Source: an uncultured bacterium
Lineage (GTDB): Bacteria; Bacteroidota; Ignavibacteria; Kapaibacteriales; UBA2268
Assembly: GCA_937875295.1 (NCBI GenBank)
Contig: CALLXS010000117.1
Coordinates: 1 to 50,912 of the forward strand
Direction: 5' to 3'
Length of the DNA: 50,912 bases
Position numbers and translations under genes: made by a program. The notes under the pieces were generated by a model. The model did not search any database. It had not been told where the DNA came from and was given only the letters and a program-made list of their open reading frames with translations. Positions 48,007 to 50,912 of this stretch are shown piece by piece (positions within the stretch are counted from its first letter, which is position 1; every line of letters starts with the position of its first letter).

Positions 48007-50157
48007 TTATTTTACATTAGAAGTAGCAACTTCTTCTTTAGGTTGACCAAAATTAAAGTAATTAGAACCTGGTTTTATAAATAATCTCACAAGAGCTTTT
48101 GAAAGTATTGTTGCAGTAAATAGCGTTGCAAGAATACCCATCATAAGAGTCATTGCGAAACCTTGAATAGGACCAGTACCAAAGAAATACAATATTACAC
48201 CAGTGATAAATGTAGTTAAATTTGAGTCAATTATTGCAGTAAGCGCCTTGCTAAATCCTTCATCTACTGCTGATTGAAGGTTGCGACCTTTGTGAAGTTC
48301 TTCACGAATACGTTCGAAAATTAGTACGTTAGAATCGACCGCCATACCTATAGTTAGGATAATTCCGGCTATACCAGGTAATGTTAATGTACCATCGAAA
48401 GCAGCCATAAATCCGAGTAATAAACCTAAATTAACGAATAATGCAATATCCGCTACAACTCCACCCATTGCATAGTATATTATCATAAATAATATTACAA
48501 CAAAGAAAGAAATTATACTTGATTTTAAGCCCGAATTAATAGAATCTTCACCTAAAGACGGACCAACTACTCTTACTTCGGCAGCTTGTACAGGGGCTTT
48601 TAATGCACCAGATTTTAAAACTATTTTTAATAATTTTGCTTCATCTGCATTTTCCATACCTGTGATTTCTGAGCTTCCACCTGTAATTTTGGATTGTACT
48701 ACAGGTGCAGTATATACTTGGTCATCTAAAATTACAGCAATTCGGTTCCCAATGTTAGCACCAGTAATTTTTGACCATCTTTCAGCACCATCACTATTCA
48801 TTACCATGTTTACTACAGGTTGGTTGTTAGTTTGGTTGTATGTTGCTATTGCATCGGTAATAACTTCTCCTGTTAATTTTGGTTGGAAGTCTTTACATGC
48901 ATAGAAATTGTAATAATTTACATCTTTTCCATTATTATCTTTTAGAACCATTGGCTTAGCATCGAAAAACAAATTGCTTCCTTCTGGTAAAAGGTTTTTA
49001 ATCTCAGGTCTTTTCATTAGAACAAGGATTTTTTTCATATTATCTTCGCTTGCCATAAAATGATATGTACCTTCAGGGAATATATCTCTTGAATAATCAA
49101 TTTCTTGAGCTTGAGATTTATTGTCTTGTGAATATCTTGAAGAGAACATTATAGTGAAAGGATGGTCTTTCATATATTTCTTTGCTGCTTCTTCATTTGA
49201 TAAATTTGCATAAGGATTAGCAGTATCAGCAGTTTTGTTTTCTGTTAGTTTTGCAGAATCAATTTTTGTATTATTTGATGCATCAGACTTTGAATTAGCT
49301 TTTTTGTCGCCAATTGCTTTTGATGCTACATTAGCTGTATCTTTTTGAACATTGCTTGAATCAACTTTTGATAATTCATTATCGATAAAATCTTTGCCTC
49401 CAGAGGCTAAAAATTGGTCAATTTTAAAAAATGATTTTACTAATGCTTGGTCGTTATTTACACTTTTAAACTCTAAACGAGCAGTAGTTTTTACAAGGCT
49501 AAGCATTTGATTTTCATCTTGCACACCCGGTAATTCTAAAACCACTCTTCTTGAGCCTTGCTTTTGAATAGTAGGTTCGCTAATACCATATTTATCAACA
49601 CGGTTACGAATTACTTCGATAGCTTGGTCAATAGCTTCAGCTTCATTTTCTCTTAACTTATCTTGAATTTGTTCTTCAGCTTTAGCTAAATCGTCTGAAG
49701 TATTGAAATCGAAATAATCAGACAAATATTTTTTCTTAGGTCTAGCTATTTCATCGAAATTTTTTAGGAAAATGTCGATGGTATTAGCATCGCTCATTTC
49801 TGTTTGTTGTTTTGTTTTCTCAATGACTTGAGCAAATATTTCATCTTTGCTTTCTTCATTAGCAGACTCTTCGACAAGTTTTAGTACGTCAGCTTCAAGA
49901 GTAACATACATACCCCCACGAAGGTCTAATCCTAATTTTAGTCTGCCTTTTTTAGCACTTTCGAGATCTTCCCCATGAAGTTTATAGAAATTGTCCATTA
50001 TCTTCATAGAATCGGCAGAATTTGAGGAAGCTCTTTGGAAATATTCTTTTTCTACTTTTTCGAGTTGAGTAGCTCGATAAGTAGGATATAATAATACCGC
50101 AGAAAGAATTATCGGTAAGATTACAATCAAAATATTACTAATTGATCTTTTCTTCAA
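48007..50157 (-). CDS. secD: Protein translocase subunit SecD
   Basis: KLGLDLRGG, RNRVDKYGISEP.IQ, VELPG, SGAL.AP, VGPSLG, TLTLPGIAG and GMAVDSNVLIFERIREE. TTG start with SD GGAGA. Confidence 0.96.
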   Translation of the reverse strand: MKKRSISNILIVILPIILSAVLLYPTYRATQLEKVEKEYFQRASSNSADSMKIMDNFYKLHGEDLESAKKGRLKLGLDLRGGMYVTLEADVLKLVEESANEESKDEIFAQVIEKTKQQTEMSDANTIDIFLKNFDEIARPKKKYLSDYFDFNTSDDLAKAEEQIQDKLRENEAEAIDQAIEVIRNRVDKYGISEPTIQKQGSRRVVLELPGVQDENQMLSLVKTTARLEFKSVNNDQALVKSFFKIDQFLASGGKDFIDNELSKVDSSNVQKDTANVASKAIGDKKANSKSDASNNTKIDSAKLTENKTADTANPYANLSNEEAAKKYMKDHPFTIMFSSRYSQDNKSQAQEIDYSRDIFPEGTYHFMASEDNMKKILVLMKRPEIKNLLPEGSNLFFDAKPMVLKDNNGKDVNYYNFYACKDFQPKLTGEVITDAIATYNQTNNQPVVNMVMNSDGAERWSKITGANIGNRIAVILDDQVYTAPVVQSKITGGSSEITGMENADEAKLLKIVLKSGALKAPVQAAEVRVVGPSLGEDSINSGLKSSIISFFVVILFMIIYYAMGGVVADIALFVNLGLLLGFMAAFDGTLTLPGIAGIILTIGMAVDSNVLIFERIREELHKGRNLQSAVDEGFSKALTAIIDSNLTTFITGVILYFFGTGPIQGFAMTLMMGILATLFTATILSKALVRLFIKPGSNYFNFGQPKEEVATSNVK

Positions 50158-50228
50158 TTAAGTCTCCGTTAATTATGTGAATTAATATTATTTATTTTTA
50201 AATTTATGAATTGTAAAAAAATAGATTA

Positions 50229-50236
50229 CAAAAATA
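50229..50236 (-). promoter_or_regulatory. Bacteroidota-type -7 element upstream of secD
   Basis: TATTTTTG on the minus strand. Confidence 0.45.
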
Positions 50237-50326
50237 GTGAAAAATATGGATATAATTTGATAATATCAAAAATTGATAATGTTTTTTGTTTAAATTACAA
50301 ATTATAAAAGGAAGTATTTTTTGGAA

Positions 50327-50912
50327 TTAGTAATAAATATATTCGTAAATATATGTATTAATTGTTTTGAGGTTAGGATTGTTTTCTATTTCTTTATAGA
50401 TTTTGCCAAATTTATTATATGAAGTAGAGATTATGGTTTTAATTTTACCAAAATAATCAAATGAGAATCGGTCAATAGTAGAATTGTTATAATTGTATGA
50501 TAAGCTATCGGATCTAATTATGGAGCCGGTTATACAATCTTTTTCAATTGAAGAATTTAATGAGCCAGAAGCATTATAAGCGTATTCAATGATTTTGATA
50601 TTTTCTTTCTGATTAGATTCAACAGTAGTGGATATCAAATTACCTTTTACATCATATTTGTAATAATATGTAGAAACAGTATCACCATTTATTTTTAATT
50701 GAGTTTTATAAATGATTTGACCGCTTGAATTAATAGAAGTTAAAATTTGCGTAATTACATTATCTTCGTTATAGCTTAAATATTCAATTGTTTCAATAAT
50801 ATCATATTTAGTATATTTGAAATGATGAATTTTCTTAGAATTGCCTGTGGAATCAAATTCAATAATTTTAATTAAATTTAACATTCTGCGTATTATATTC
50901 GGTTCTTTTCGA
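50327..50912 (-). CDS. 3' part of a hypothetical protein with YD-like (Y-x-Y-[DN]-x-x-G) repeats; probably 5'-truncated by the window edge
   Basis: Repeats YKYDVKGNLI, YAYNASGSL and SYNKFGKI. The frame stays open upstream of the ATG at 50884 to the window end. Confidence 0.55.
   Translation of the reverse strand, partial: RKEPNIIRRMLNLIKIIEFDSTGNSKKIHHFKYTKYDIIETIEYLSYNEDNVITQILTSINSSGQIIYKTQLKINGDTVSTYYYKYDVKGNLISTTVESNQKENIKIIEYAYNASGSLNSSIEKDCITGSIIRSDSLSYNYNNSTIDRFSFDYFGKIKTIISTSYNKFGKIYKEIENNPNLKTINTYIYEYIYY

Noticed and set aside
796-48904. Numerous 60-164 aa ORFs antisense to, or out of frame within, long genes (e.g. 2723-3127, 9262-9624, 23578-23892, 26696-27190, 46767-47042, 48662-48904)
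   Set aside because: They lie almost entirely within well-supported genes, have no recognisable motifs, and show the composition expected of shadow frames.
50256-50270. 7-1-7 palindrome TTTGATA-A-TATCAAA upstream of secD (Fur/FNR-like look)
   Set aside because: The spacing does not fit FNR, it is a poor Fur-box match, it is single-copy, and it is likely by chance in AT-rich DNA.
50327-50884. Rhs/YD polymorphic toxin
   Set aside because: No Rhs core terminal motif, no toxin tip and no immunity gene; the protein ends in a Tyr-rich strand.
1-50912. tRNA/rRNA genes, CRISPR arrays, IS elements, prophage, defence islands, alternative genetic code
   Set aside because: Intergenic regions are short and AT-rich with no cloverleafs or repeat-spacer arrays; there are no integrase, transposase or phage motifs; genes are full length and TAA, TAG and TGA all act as stops.

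Overview
Strongly AT-rich, densely coding bacterial chromosomal segment with about 36 protein-coding genes. I saw no rRNA, tRNA, CRISPR array, integrase or transposase. Several features point to an FCB-group organism outside the class Bacteroidia (Ignavibacteria/Kapabacteria/Chlorobi-like; this is inference): a T9SS C-terminal sorting domain, Bacteroidota-type TAnnTTTG promoter elements, a Bacteroidota-like EF-G2, separate secD and secF genes, and clear Shine-Dalgarno sites. Content is mostly housekeeping and metabolic: fusA2, addA-like helicase-nuclease, cmk, ribD, gyrB-xseB-suhB-dapF-polX, pth, corA, nhaA, ppdK, glgP, ROK kinase, queA, thyX and secDF. The most interesting observations are: (1) an unannotated, structured corA leader containing a 29-codon Pro-Leu-Pro uORF whose proline codons coincide with an anti-Shine-Dalgarno/hairpin switch, upstream of a CorA whose GMN filter is changed to SMN; (2) a 1426-aa PlsA/Ger-type enzyme suggesting plasmalogen or ether-lipid synthesis; (3) an in-frame Pth/iron-alcohol-dehydrogenase fusion that retains an internal start site; (4) a PolX with a degenerate polymerase triad but intact PHP domain; (5) PPDK with lysine-rich tails; (6) a T9SS cargo with a gingipain/C25-like fold that apparently lacks the His-Cys dyad. 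All calls come from motif recognition by eye; no database searches were run.
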